Positions 1 through 13,546 of a DNA stretch of 64,000 bases are shown here, one piece after another. Each line of letters begins with the position of its first letter. Positions within the stretch are counted from its first letter, which is position 1. The DNA comes from Octopus sinensis (lineage: Eukaryota). Position numbers and translations under genes: made by a program. The notes beneath the pieces are model-generated. The model made no database searches, was not told where the DNA came from, and saw only the letters and a program-made list of their open reading frames with translations. Location: positions 96,100,001 to 96,164,000 of the forward strand of contig NC_043000.1 in assembly GCF_006345805.1 (NCBI RefSeq). The letters run 5' to 3'.

Positions 1-144
1 AGATACTACACATTTTTACCAACTGAGTGAACTAGAGCAACATTAAATAAAGTGTCTTGCTCAAGGACACACTGTGTTGCTAGGAATCAAACTTATGACC
101 TTACGATTGTGAGCCAAATACCTTAATCACTAAACCATGCACCT

Positions 145-192
<48 letters not shown>

Positions 193-974
193 TACTCTAT
201 TAATAAAGCATATTATTCTACCTCTGGTATTCGAGTACTATTTTTTCCACCTTGTTTCGTATTTATGTGCTTACTCTGGTGTATATATATATGGATATAT
301 ATTATGGGGTAACGTGTCATAGACACAATTAATGAAGGTTCCACAGTTTCTTCTAACAACTTGCACAGGTGATTTGTTTATAGTGACCATATGTTTGTAC
401 TATATGTACATTAGCCCACTCCCTCCATCAAATCAACATTGCCGGTGCAGGTGTACAGTGAGCCACACATCAGATGTTGATGTGATCACAGAGCAATGCA
501 AGATTTGCTCAAGTGTCATCCAATCCAAGAATCAAAACAGTTATCTTATGCAATTACTCTCTCTCTCTCTCTCTCTCTCTTACCCTCCGATTGAGTAACC
601 GTGTATCTCCTCTATAGTAAGACACCTGTTTCTGTCTCTCTGTCACACAAACCTCTCATCACCTGGCACAAGGCCACCTCCTCCATTAAAGGATCTTTGT
701 CTTCTGAATTACTTGGTGACCCTGATAGTGCTGGTGTTAAATAGAAAGCATCCAGTCCACACTGTTTAGTGGTTGGCATCCAGCTGCATAAAAATCATGC
801 CAAAACAGTCCTCACAAGTGCTGGTGCCACATAAAAAGCATTCAGTCAACTCTGTAAAGTAGTTAGCATTACAAAGGGCATCCAGTCATAAAAATCATGC
901 CAATGAAGTCTGATGCAGTCTTCCAGCTTGCCAGCTCCTATCAAAATGTCTAACCCGTGTCAGCAAGGAAAACA

Positions 975-1031
<57 letters not shown>

Positions 1032-3226
1032 TAAGGATAAGCCTATTAAAAGGGGTTCATGGAAAAACTCATTTAAATAAAAAGGGGTCATTGGTGGTGA
1101 AAAGGTCAGGTGCCAATGATTTATATAATGGAAATGATTACATAATTCCTGTTCTTTTGTCATTCATTAATTGTTATTACACTCTGTATTAATTAACCTG
1201 ATAATTTACTGCTGCATGTAAGTTATTGAGTTCTAACAACTGGTTAATAGTATTATTATGCCAAGGTGGAATTATGGTTGTGTGTGTGCTATAGATACAT
1301 GTGTTTTGGTTCAATTGTTCTTAAATTCAGTTGGAGTTCATGTGAAAAACTATGTCAAAATCTGTTTTCATCGATAAGTTACCATTAGTAACAATTACAG
1401 GAGAGTGCAGTTCACTGTAATGTAATACACAAAAAACATGAAATATTCATGTTTTACAAAACTAATACAATTAAACAGATATGATATATAATAGATTTTA
1501 TCTACACCTACACTGAGGTAAAATAAACCAATAAACTAGTCAATATGAAAGCCAATGGTAACATACCAAATCACCATCTGCAACCAATTTTAATGATGTG
1601 GACTACTATGGAAAATATACGCTAATTGTACAATTTTTTTTTCCTTCTTTAAAATGCTGAGAAGACACCTGCTGCTTTTATCAACTGAAAGTACCAACTG
1701 ATCCCTCCCTCCTCTAGAAGTAGCAAAAAGAGAGAACTGTATACCAAATAATTCAATGAATAACGTCAAAGTTCAACATCCTGCTTAAGTAAGAACACTT
1801 GCCCATTACATGGTACATTGATTATTAAAGGAACATGGCTAGTTTTGGTAGATGGAAACTGAAAGAAGCCCAGTGTGTGTGTGTGTGTGAACTATAAAGC
1901 CAAGTCAAACTCAAATGTACCACAGTCCAATGAAGGCTAGCATGCCAAAACTTCAAAGCCACTATCAACACTGTTCTTGTAAAAGGATAATAAATATGTA
2001 CTCTATGAAAAGTATTGAGTAATCCTTCAGCTTAATGTAAAATTATTTATCATACTTGACATAAAAACAAATATATGCATTTATGTATGTACATCTATAA
2101 GTGTGCATGGGTGTGTGTTTGTGTGTGTGTATGTCAAGCATCTCCTCAACATGATAGGGTAAACCGGTGTCAGTGTCATACACGCAATATCTTTAGCTTA
2201 CAATCTTCCATGAAAATATGTCAAGCTATTTGAAATATCACCTTACTTAGAAACAGGTGAGTGTTAGTAACAGGAAGAGCATCTAGCTGTAAAAAATTCC
2301 CTACTTCAACAAATTCTCTCCTGCCCATGCAAGTAATGAAGCGTGGACATTAAAACATTCTCCACCACTACCACTAAAAATTAAGATATTAATATATAGT
2401 GAAATTAGCAAAAGTTCTAAGGAGTTACCACATAAAATGATATTGTTTAAACACAAGAAGGCAGGTTGAAGATTATCCTGTGAGATAATTTTGCCCATCA
2501 CTCATTGAAAATATGCCACGGTAGTCATAATGCCAAATGAAAGTCTTGCATACTGATACAATTGTTCCAAAGCTTGAAAAGAAATATATGGATGGACTGA
2601 CTTTAAATTACCGGTGGTAGTTGATAATAGACAGGTTTCGTATTGACCTTGCTAAGATATAAATGCTACAATATAGTATATATTAACTTCTCAATGACAG
2701 ACAGTGGAGAAAGAATTGAGAATAGTATGAAGATTAATAGTGACTGACAAATCAATGACAAAGCACTGCTTGTGACTTTTCAGTTTTTGTTACTACAATA
2801 ACTCTCCATAAGTTACATAGTTCTACAATGCCCTCTTTGATCTGATATTTTACTTTGTGTCTAATAAATTTACTATTATCTATAGAATACCTTCAAGTAA
2901 GCAATATATTTTATGTCTGGGATTAAATTAATGGATATAAGAAGTGGAATCATCAAACAAAATCTGGCAATACAAGAAGGACTTCAGGGTTGTTAACCCT
3001 TTCATTGCCATATTTGTTGAAATTCACTACCTTTATTATCTTATTTGTTTCAGTCATTTGACTGTGACCGCACTGCAACACTGCCTTAATTGATCCCCAG
3101 GACTTATTCTATCAGTCTCTTTTACTGAACCACTAAGTGTCAGGGACATAAACACTTCAACACCGGTTGTCAAGTGATGTCAGGAGGACAAACACAGACA
3201 CACACATTAATAGATTTATATATATA

Positions 3227-3625
3227 CTAGCAGTATCGCCCGACGTTGCTCGGGTTTGTAAGGGAAATAACTATATAAGCATTTTTAGAGATGTAAAGTA
3301 TAATAGCCATCTCAATATGGCTAACCACAAAGGGGGGGGGGTGTTACTGTAGCTTTTTATGTTCTGAGATTTAATAATAAATTTTTAGAGAGTTACTTCC
3401 CTTATATATGCCAAAAATGCATTAAAAATGGGGAAAATTGATGGTAAACTTTTTTTTTAATCGTAGACTCATCGTAGATGCACGCTAATACCCAGAAGGG
3501 CTCGATATGAATCACGACTATAAGATACCCGGTTTTGGTTAAACTGCACCGCAAAATGTGGGAGTAGTTAGGAATCTAAATCGTAGGAGACAGACAGCAC
3601 ACAACCTCACTTTTATATATAAAGA
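3227..3625 (-). mobile_element. Non-autonomous Helitron
   Basis: On the minus strand it starts A|TCTTTATATATAAAAG and ends in a hairpin CCCGAgcaacgTCGGG followed by CTAG|T. It is inserted between A and T, with no TSD. Confidence 0.8.
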
Positions 3626-4290
3626 TATATTACAGGCTTCTTTCAGTTTCTGTCTGCCAAATCCATTCACAAGGCTTTGATTGGCCCGAAGCTATAGAAG
3701 AAAACATTTATCCCATGCCTGTGCCTATGTTTCAATTAATTTTGAAAATAGTGAATAATTTAGTAACTTAACCATGTCATTATTATTAATCTGGTGTTTA
3801 GGACATAAATTAACATCACATTATGATGGGCAGTTTTAACTTGTATCATTTTAAAATAAAAATCTTGTATCATAGAACCAAAAGCAGTCTCAGATGAAGC
3901 TGGAGTCAAAAGGACTAAACGTAAATACCACTCAAAAATGCTGAGATATGAAGCTGTGTCAAAGTATAACATCCAGAGACTGAATATAACTGAAATATAA
4001 AGTATAACATCCCAGCAGAGACTGTATATAACTAGAGTGACTAGTGTTTGTGCAACTTTTCAACATTCGAATGTCAACTTCACATATTCCCATCATTCAA
4101 GAACTAAGCTGAACTGACATCTCCACATGATTCTGAATTGTTTAAGGATTAAAACATTCTATTGAGAAATATCAGCTTTGATTAAGTTGTCAGTGCTTAC
4201 ACAACTAAAGCTTGCATTGATTGATTGTTAATTACAATATTAATGAGTGCATAACTCAAGATGTTCCAATACAGCTGAAGAAGCTAATAA

Positions 4291-4506
4291 TCTTTTTTAC
4301 TCTAGGCACAAGGCACAAAATTTTGGGGGAGGGGGGGCCAGTCAATTAGATCGACCCCAGTATGTAACTGGTACTTAATTTATCAACCCCGAAAGGATGA
4401 AAGGCAAAGTTGACCTTGGTGGAGTTTGAACTCAGAACGTAACAGCAGACAAAATACCACTAAGCATTTTGCCCGGCGTGCTAACAACTCTGCCAGCTTG
4501 TCGCCT
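4291..4506 (-). mobile_element. tRNA-derived SINE (family B) with 15-bp TSD
   Basis: TSD TGAAGAAGCTAATAA at 4276-4290 and 4507-4521. tRNA-like head with a GAGTTCAAA B-box on the minus strand and a central gcctttcatcctttcgggg...ataaattaagtaccag domain. Confidence 0.88.
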
Positions 4507-4764
4507 TGAAGAAGCTAATAAAGCCTCAGAAATTTGTCTATAATGTCATCCTGGAGATTTATTACATAATTTGCACAACTGAACAAAATGGTCTTTCTTA
4601 TCCACACTTGTAATATATGACAAGCCTCACTAGACATTTCCTGCAGTCATGAAAAAAGATTTTAAAAAAGGGGGGAGATTCTTTTATAAGTCCTTTTTGG
4701 TTTGGTGTCCTCCTTTGTAACAGTAATAATATTTACAAGCATATCCTGATTACATATGCAAGCA

Positions 4765-5641
4765 CCCTTAAGCATTTAAACTCACCATATCTGGCCAAAA
4801 TAAAATACCTGTTTTATGTTCAAATTGACCAGATCTGGCCTTTCACACTTATCCTAGAATGTTAGTCTGAAAATAATCATAGTATTGATATCTCAAAGCT
4901 ACAAGATAATGCATGATTAATTCAAAACAATGTGAATAAATAAGCATTACATTTGACAAAGTAATCCGAATGCTAAAGAGTTAAAGCCTAATCCAATCCT
5001 CCAGTTTGTGTTACTACTGTTTCTAAGTCCAGCATTTCATTTGATTAGCCTAAGTCTTACATACTGGCTGATATTATTCCAGAAATAAAGTCATCTATTA
5101 TCTAATTCTTCAAATGCAGTTCACACAGCAGTGCTTCTTTTATGCATTAACTAAGAGTTGAAAACTTGGAAAAAAAATTAATCCAAGGATCCAGTAGGTT
5201 GTTTGCAAGTTACATGTCAATGTTTCACAAAAACATCATTGCCCCAGTTTAACTGGCAATAAGAAATACTGGTGAATATATTTTCAAATATAAGTAACCA
5301 TTATATTGATACCAAAAATGGCAAGGCCAACTGAGTAGGAACCATACTGAATCTTTCAGGAAAAAGAACCCTGTCCATATTTGATTTGTGGAATAAACTG
5401 TTGCTAGAAGTAATGTTAATCTTTTAGCATTCAGATTTCTTTGTTAAAAGTATTGCTTATTTATTTACGTTATTTAGAATTAATCATGCATTATTTTGTA
5501 GTTTTAAGATTTTAACAGTGTGTTTGTATATTTTTAGAGGACATTGTATGGTAAGAGTGAGAGTGTGAATCTAGTCAGTTTTAACATAAATCAGGTAGAA
5601 TATTTGGGCTGGATATGGCCAGATTAAATGCTAAAGTTTAA
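4765..5641. mobile_element. Two inverted copies (4765-4984, 5416-5641) of a second TTAA-type MITE
   Basis: Termini of the form TTAA..tttagcatt / aatgctaaag..TTAA. The interiors are mutually reverse-complementary (gcatgattaattc / gaattaatcatgc; ccatatc / gatatgg). Confidence 0.7.
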
Positions 5642-5730
5642 GAGATCCATATATCAAATACCTTATGCAACAAATAAAGTTACAATTCAATACCCAGCTC
5701 AAGTGTAAGAAAGCACTCACTTATCACTTG

Positions 5731-8700
5731 ATCATCATCATCATCGTTTAACGTCCGTTCTCCATACTAGCATGGGTTGGACGGTTCGACCGGGGTTCTG
5801 GGAAGCCAGAAGGCTGCACCAGGCTCCAGTCTAATCTGGCAATGTTTCTACAGCTGGATGCCCTTCCTAACGCCAACCACTCCGTGAGTGTAGTGGGTGC
5901 TTTTTACGTGCCACCTGCACAGGTGCCAGGCAGGGCTGGCAACGGCCACAGTCAGATTGGTGTATTTTATGTGCCACCGGCACGGAAGCCAGTCGAGGCG
6001 GTGCTGGCATCGGCCACGAGTCGGATAGTGCTTTTTACGTACCACCAGACCAGGGATCCTGGCTGGTTCAATTCGATTTCGATTTCGCTTGCCCCAACAT
6101 GTCTTCACAAGCAAAGGGGGTTGGCATGGGTGCCTGTCGTACGGTCGCATTGGAGTATTTTACGTGCCACGGCCACAAGTCGGATAGTGCTTTTTACGTA
6201 CCACCAGGCCAGGGATCCTGGCTGGTTCAATTCGGTTTCGATTTCGCTTGCCCCAACATGTCTTCGCAAGCATGGGGGGTTGGCATGGGTGTCTGTCGTC
6301 GGATGAGGTTCTATATCGACTTCGTTTGCCTCAACAGGTCTTTGTGTCCAAGGGAGGGAAGGCATTCATAAGTGGGCTGGGCTCACTTGTCCTGCCTGGT
6401 CTTCTCACGTACAGAATATTTCCAAAGGTCTCGGTCGCTGGTCATTTCCTCAGTGAGGCCTAAAGTTCGAAGGTCGTGCTTCACCACCTCGTCCCAGGTT
6501 TCCTGGGTCTACCTCTTCCACGGGTTCCCTCAACTGCTAGGGATTGGCACTTTCTCACACACTATCTTCATCCATTCTCGCCACATGACCATACCAGCGC
6601 AATCGTCTCTCTTGCACACCACAACTGATGCTTCTTAGGTACAACATTTCTCTCAAGGTGCTAACGCTCTGTCGAGTATGTATACTGACATTACACATCC
6701 ATCGGAGCATACTGGCTTCATTCCTCACGAGCTTACGCATGTCCTCAGCAGTCACGGCCCATGTTTCGCTGCCATGTAGCATGGCTGTTCGTACACACGC
6801 ATCATACAGTCTGCCTTTTACTCTGAGCGAGAGGCCTTTAGTCACCAGCAGAGGTAAGAGCTCCCTAACTTTGCCCAGGCTATTCTTATTCTAGCAGTTA
6901 CACTTTCAGCGCACCCACCCCCACTACTGACTTGGTCACCTAGATAACGGAAGCTATCAACTACTTCTAGTTTTTCCCCCTGGAAAGTGACGGAAGTTGT
7001 TTTCTGCAGATTTTCGGAGGTTAATGCTCCCGAGCATCTGCCACATACAAAAACTATCTTCCCAGTTAGCCTACCTTTGACATTGCTGCACCTCTTATGT
7101 GTCCATAGCTTACACTGGGTACATCTTATAGAGTTTCTACCTACACCTTTTCTACAGATCGAGCAGGGCCATCTTCCTGAAGATATTTGTGGATTGTCTA
7201 CCTTTCTACTTATTAGTACTTTGGTTTTAGCTAGGTTGACTCTAAGCCCCTTGATTCTAAACCCTCCTTCCACACCTGGAACTTCTCCTCCAGTTCTGAT
7301 AGTGACTCAGCAATAAGAGCAAGGTCGTCAGCGTAGAGGAGCTCCCAGGGACAGCCTGTCTTGAATTCCTCCGTAATTGCCTGGAGTACTATGATAAATA
7401 GGAGGGGGCTGAGTACTGAACCCTGGTGGACCCCAACCTCTACTTTGAATTCTTCTGTGTACATGTTGCCAACCCTAACCTTACTTACAGCATCTCTGTA
7501 CATGGCTTGCACAGTCCTCACCAGCCATTCATCTATCCCTAGTTTCCTCATTGACCACCAGATAAGGGATCGGGGGACCCTATCAAAAGCTTTCTCCATG
7601 TCAACGAAAGCTAGGTACAGGGGCTTATCTTTGGCTAGGTATTTCTCCTGCAGCTGCCTTACCAGGAATATAGCATCAGTGGTACTTTTCCCTGGCACGA
7701 ACCCAAACTGCATCTCATCTAAACTAACTCTCTCTCTAATTAATTGGGCTATGACCCTCTCCGTAACCTTCATTACTTGATCCAACAGCTTGATACCTCT
7801 GTAATTATTTGTATCTAGGGCATCACCTTTACCTTTGTAGCAGTTGACTAGTATGCTGCTGCACCAGTCATTGGGTATGACTCCTTCGTGTATCACCTGG
7901 TTGACTATACGGGTGACTAGGTTATAGCCGACACTGCCAGATATTTTGAGCATCAAGTCTTTCATCCTCACGGCGCAGGACATTGGCAAATTTTCTCTTA
8001 TCTGCTTCCCCTCTGGCTAGATAGACCTGTCTCCTAGCTTCCCTTCTGGCAGTCTGATACCCTTCCCTGCTACCACCGTTCTTCCAGGCCTTCCAAGCCT
8101 GTTTCTTTTGTCTAATAGCCCTGTCAACAATATTGTTATTTTGGGTCTTAAGACCACGTTATTTTGGGTCTTAAGGGGACTTTGCACCAGCCACAGATCT
8201 GGTCAGCGGCTTTCAGCAGGTTGTCCCTCAGAAACGTCCAGTTGTCTTCTACCCCATGTGTAGCTATACCCCCTTCCACTTCGTCAAAGGCTTCAAGTAA
8301 CATATCTCTAAATCTCTGTCCATTCGCAGGGTCTTTAAGCTTCCAGACCCTTCTTCTCCATGTTGGTCGTCTTCTAGTCGCCCTCTTAGTCCTGATCCTA
8401 AAGTCACTAACTACCAGTCTATGTTGTGGGGTGCATTCTTCGCCTGGGAAGGTTTTGGCATTTATAAGCAGCCATCTTTCCCTTTTTCTGGCAAGGATGT
8501 AGTCGATTTGGCTAGTATGCCGGCCCGATCGGTAGGTGACCAGGTGGCTTGTTGGTTTCCTGAAGTTAGTGTTGCAGACCATAAGACTATTCGCATCGCA
8601 GAACTCCAGCAGCCTGGTTCCCTCCTCGTTGCGGGAACCATAACCGTAGCCTCCATGTACGCCATGGAAGCCCCCAGCATGTCGTCCAACATGCCCATTG

Positions 8701-8897
8701 AAATCACCAGCCACAAAGAGAAGGTCCCTGTCGTTCGTCAATGAGGTGGTCTGCAGTAGGGTGTCATAGAAACTGTCTTTCTGTCCATCGGGTAGCTCTG
8801 GCTGAGGGGCATAGGCCGATATAATGGTTGCTAATCTATGATGAAGCACTATTCTAATCTTAAGTATTCTGTCACTTACTCTGATTACCTCAATTAC
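5731..8897 (-). mobile_element. RTE-clade non-LTR retrotransposon, 5'-truncated, frameshifted and internally deleted
   Basis: APE endonuclease remnant (SAYAPQ, AGDFNGHVG, SQIDYIL, QHRLVV; 8148-8897) and RT (NYRGIKLL, QFGF, FVDMEKAFD, GVHQGSVLSP, LLYADDL; 7231-7957). RTE C-terminal motifs (FRYLG, LHGSETW, RLRWYGHVARM) follow in shifted frames. The 3' UTR ends in an (ATG)n tail at about 5731-5745. Confidence 0.95.
6012..6299. repeat. Two-copy ~129 bp direct repeat in the RTE 3' UTR
   Basis: 6012-6140 and 6171-6299 are near-identical (ggccac[g/a]agtcggatagtgctttttacgtaccaccag...ggttggcatgggtg[c/t]ctgtcgt). Confidence 0.9.
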
Positions 8898-8929
8898 TCT
8901 ATATGTAACAATACCTGATATTAGTTTAG

Positions 8930-9313
8930 CAGTGTTTCTAAACCTTTTTATCATTGCATAACCCTTAAAATGAATTACATATCTCAAGGAACCCCTGCAT
9001 AAAAAAAATTATATACTATATCTTTCTCATTTTTTCATCATAGTTCACATAGTAATGATCACACACATATATATATATATATACAGACATCACTAAATAT
9101 ATCCCCGTGGTTGTTAGATTTTTATAACATAATAGGATGTAGATAGGATGAGGTCTATATTACATTATTACAATAAACAATAATATGTCGTACACATATA
9201 GTAATATTACAATCTGGAAATAAGCATTAGCTTATCTGACTCTTTCTTGCGGAACCTCTAGGAACCTTTTGCGGAAACCTAGGGTTCTCTGGAACCCTGG
9301 TTGAGAAACACTG
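8930..9313. mobile_element. hAT (Charlie-like) non-autonomous element
   Basis: TIRs CAGTGTTTCTAAACC / GGTTGAGAAACACTG and subterminal ggaacc repeats. The TSD is not clean. Confidence 0.7.
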
Positions 9314-11198
9314 GTTTATAATGTCATCCTGGGCGAGGGGCTTATTACATAATTTGCACAACTGAATAAAATGGCTTTTCTTATTCACACTTGTGACATA
9401 TTAAAAGAATGTAAAATCAGGATATTTCCCCACATTCCTGTTGTTTCTGTCTGAAAACCACTGAAGCAAATCTGTCTTCCTTTTTCCAAGCTTCATGTCA
9501 GACACCTTGACACAGAACAACTATAGTGTGGGTCAATGACTAACCCTACTAGAAATAGCAAATATCCCTCAAATCTAACATCTGTTGTTTAAAAAATAAA
9601 AGCGAACACATTGAACCATGTAGTCCTAAGTATACTACCTTAAAAAGGCAAAAATAGGATGGCCACAACAGAAATGTAATGGAAGATAAGTTCTGCTTTA
9701 TCAAAACTGACATGGAAGCTAAACATCAACCACCACCAAATATATTGAGAAGACAGGAGTTATTAAATTTATGGAACCTTACAAATCAAAATTGAAAGGA
9801 AAATGCTTGTCAATGAAATTTAACTATATAGTAGCTTAACTAATATATATATTATAGAGTAAGATATGATAGCATATACATAACACCTTAACTCTTTTGA
9901 CACCAACCTGCCTGGGAACACTTCAGGTTCCGTTATAAAAAAAAGTTCCGTTTTGAAATGTTCATATCTAAATGAAATCCATCAGTTATAATTTTTATGT
10001 TAAAAGTTATATTTCGTACATCAACTTAGTACTTTTATTACCATATTTCTGTTGAGATACTCTGTTTCTGTTTTAATTAATTTCAAAAACAATTAAGAAT
10101 TTAGTGAAATAACTTTGTTATTATTAAGCTGATGTTTCAAATATAACATGAAATTTTGAAGGCAGTTTTTAATTTAGTTCAATTTAAAATAGGAAATTTA
10201 TATTATAGAACCAGGGGTAATCTTAAGCAGGTTGCTAACAAAAGGATTAACAATGAAAAATCCCTCAAAATTATCTATTTCTTAATTTAATTGAGATACA
10301 TAAGCTGCGTATTTATTAGAGGTGTCATAGGTGTGGCTGTATGGTTACATGATTTAAGGTTCAGTCCCATTGCATGGCACCTTGGAAAAAATATCTTGTT
10401 AGAGGATTTGGCAGGTGGAAACTAAAAGAAGCCCACTGTGCATGTATGTGGGTGTCTCCTTGTTTTGACACTGCATGATAGTTGTTTCAAACAAGCAATG
10501 TCATTCATTCCCAATATTCTGTGAAAATATATTTTGCTAAAAGGAAATATTAGTTTGGTGACGATTAATAGCCTCCAATTATAGAAAATCTGTCTCAATA
10601 AACTCCAAGTGACCCATGCAAGCATGGAAAACGTGGACATGAAAGCCATGACGATGATAACAATGAAAGTGCAAATAAATACTTTGTGAAGCCTACTGGT
10701 CAAAACTTTAAAATACAGAGTTATTTAGGCTTCTCACAATTTCTTTACAGGGTATTAAAAAAATACATAAATAAATAAAAGGCTTTATTTCAAAATACTG
10801 CCAGTCAAAAAGTAGTTTTGAAATACACTGAAGAAACCTTAATAGTTAAAAGAAAAAAAAGACATTATTGTAAAACCTAATCACAAGAAACACTTTTAAA
10901 ATAGTATATAAAACAAACTAAAAACAAATTGTTTTCTAAGAACTAATAGTAAATTCATATCCTTTGAAAGGAAGAAAAAAAAAAGAAAAGAATAAATGTG
11001 AAATTTAAAGTTTACAGATTCAGAGTCAGATTGTAAACATTATCATCACAGATTTGATTAAGTGTTCATTAGTAAAATAAATTATATGGTAGCCTATTTC
11101 GTTCTTAATTAGAACTGACTATAATTTACACAGCACACAACCTTTGCAAACAAGATAAAGAAAAACAAAGAAAACTTAAGTCCTCACAAGACAATATA

Positions 11199-11414
11199 TA
11201 TTTCTTTACTACCCACAAGGAGCTAAACACAGAGGGGACAAACAAGGACAGACAAATGGATTAAGTCGATTACATCGACCCCAGTGTGTAACTGGTACTT
11301 AACTTATCGACCCTGAAAGGATGAAAGGCAATTTGAACCCAGAAAATAACGGCAGACGAAATACGGCTACGCATTTCGCCCGGCATGCTAACGTTTCTGC
11401 CAGCTCGCCGCCTT
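11199..11414 (-). mobile_element. tRNA-derived SINE (family B) with 16-bp TSD
   Basis: TSD CTCACAAGACAATATA at 11183-11198 and 11415-11430. Same head and central domain as 4291-4506, but a different tail. Confidence 0.88.
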
Positions 11415-12532
11415 CTCACAAGACAATATAGTTAAAAATCTGTTCCTTATGTCATATTTAAATTAGGAAGAAAAAATGGCTCAAACTAGAAAAGCACTCG
11501 GAGAGCGCACACATCCTCCAAGCAGCTCATTTTAAGATAGATGAAATATCTTGAGGCAATATTCTGTGACCATTGGGCAACCTGAAGCAGTAGTAGGAGA
11601 CACTCATGCAAGCTGCCATGCAAAAGGATTGAAACTGAAATCACATGGTTGTGAAGTAAACTTCTTGACTACACAACTATGCCCATATCTAACCTATTCA
11701 GACAGAATCATCAAACATGCTTACATTATTATACAAAATATTATTTTTCATCATTAAGAGAAACAATTATCTAAATTTATATTGCACTCATATTCATTTT
11801 GCAAATTAGCTGAAATACTTCTATGGGAAGCTATTTAATATTCTAAATGTAAGCCCTTAAAAGATTTACACAGCATGATGCCATAATTTATCAGTCAGTT
11901 TGCCAAAATTAACCAGTCATCTGATGAGAGAGAGAGAAAGATAAACAATAATCAATATTTTTTAAAAGCAATTAACCAAAGTCTTTAAAAAAAAAAGACT
12001 TACTAAGGGAAGATATCAAAAATAAGTAATCAAAAATAGACGAATAACAAACTTCAAAAATGAATTAAAATTTGTAGCTTCTGTTTCAAGTGATACCAGA
12101 AAAATTCTTTCTAAATGAAAAAAATTCAGTACCATTTGATTTGACAGTTATACCAACTCCACTGCAAATCTGTCGTCATATAACTATAATGCTTCCCTTT
12201 GTTTTTAAGAACAAGATGCTATTCACAAGTAACCTTTTCATAATTATGTTTATAAGTACTCAACCACATCTTTTAACTAATCCAATCAAGTTAACACAAT
12301 ACCAGCTTCCTTGCATCCAGATTTTACTCCAACACTGTCATACAGATTTGGCTATATGGCGAGAAGTTTATTTCCCAATTACATGGTTCTGCATACAGTT
12401 CCACAGCGTGGCACATTGGGCAAATATCTTCCACTAAAGCCCTAGATCAACCAAAGGCTTGTTAATGGACTTGGAAGATGGAAACTGTAAGAAGCCTGTT
12501 GCATGTGTGTGTGTGTGTTGTGTGTGTGTGTG

Positions 12533-12585
<53 letters not shown>

Positions 12586-13510
12586 CTTATTGTGTGGTTA
12601 GCGTTAGGAAGGGCATCCAGCTGTAGAAACACTGCCAGATCAGACTGGAGCCTGGTGCAGCCTCCTGGCTTCCCAGACCCCAGTCAAACCGTTCAACCCA
12701 TGCTAGCATGGAAAACAGATGTTAGACGATGATGATGTATATATGTATATATATTTGCATGGGTGTGTTACTGTCTTCTTGCTTTGACATCATGAGATAG
12801 TTGTAAAACAAATCTCACTGTCATGCAAGTAGTGTCCTTCATTACTAAACTTCTATAAAAACATGTCTGCTCATGGAGGTGAGGGTTGGTGACAGGAAAG
12901 GCAATCAGCTGCGGAAAACCTGTTTCAATAAAATCTATTTAATCCATGCAAGCTTGGAAAAGTGGACGCTGAAGTCAAATTTACGGAAAACAAAAGATGA
13001 AAACAGGTGTAGGAACAACAAGCAGGTGTGTTAGTCTAACACTCAGGAAGAATGGAAAAGTCTTTTACATTTCAAGCCTAAACTCTTCGACAGAAAGGAT
13101 TAAAAAGAAAAAAATAGGAGAAAGAATGAAAGAAAGTGGAGAGAGAAAAAATGTGTAGGGATTAACAGTTTAACATGATCAAATAGCCAGAAGAAAGAGG
13201 CTGAATGAAAGGGAGATAATGATGGTGACCTGGTCAAACGAATTTGCATACACACAAATACAGAGGGAGAGAGAGAGAGCTTGCATATGAACATAATACA
13301 ATTTTAGTTCATCTAGAGATAGGCATTTAATGACAATGAATAACTCAACAAGTGGTTGGTGATATGACTTAATGTGAATTAAACAAGGAAAATGAGAGCT
13401 CAAACATACCACAAGGGAAATATGGTATTTTTAACACCTGTTACCTTGCAAGACATCTAGAATATTCACTGCATCAACCACTATTGAACTAAAGGCAGTA
13501 GTTTAGCCTT

Positions 13511-13546
<36 letters not shown>

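Noticed and set aside
5901-6210. CRISPR-like recurrence of ttttacgtgccacc
   Set aside because: Eukaryotic LINE 3' UTR subrepeats with irregular spacing and no cas genes.
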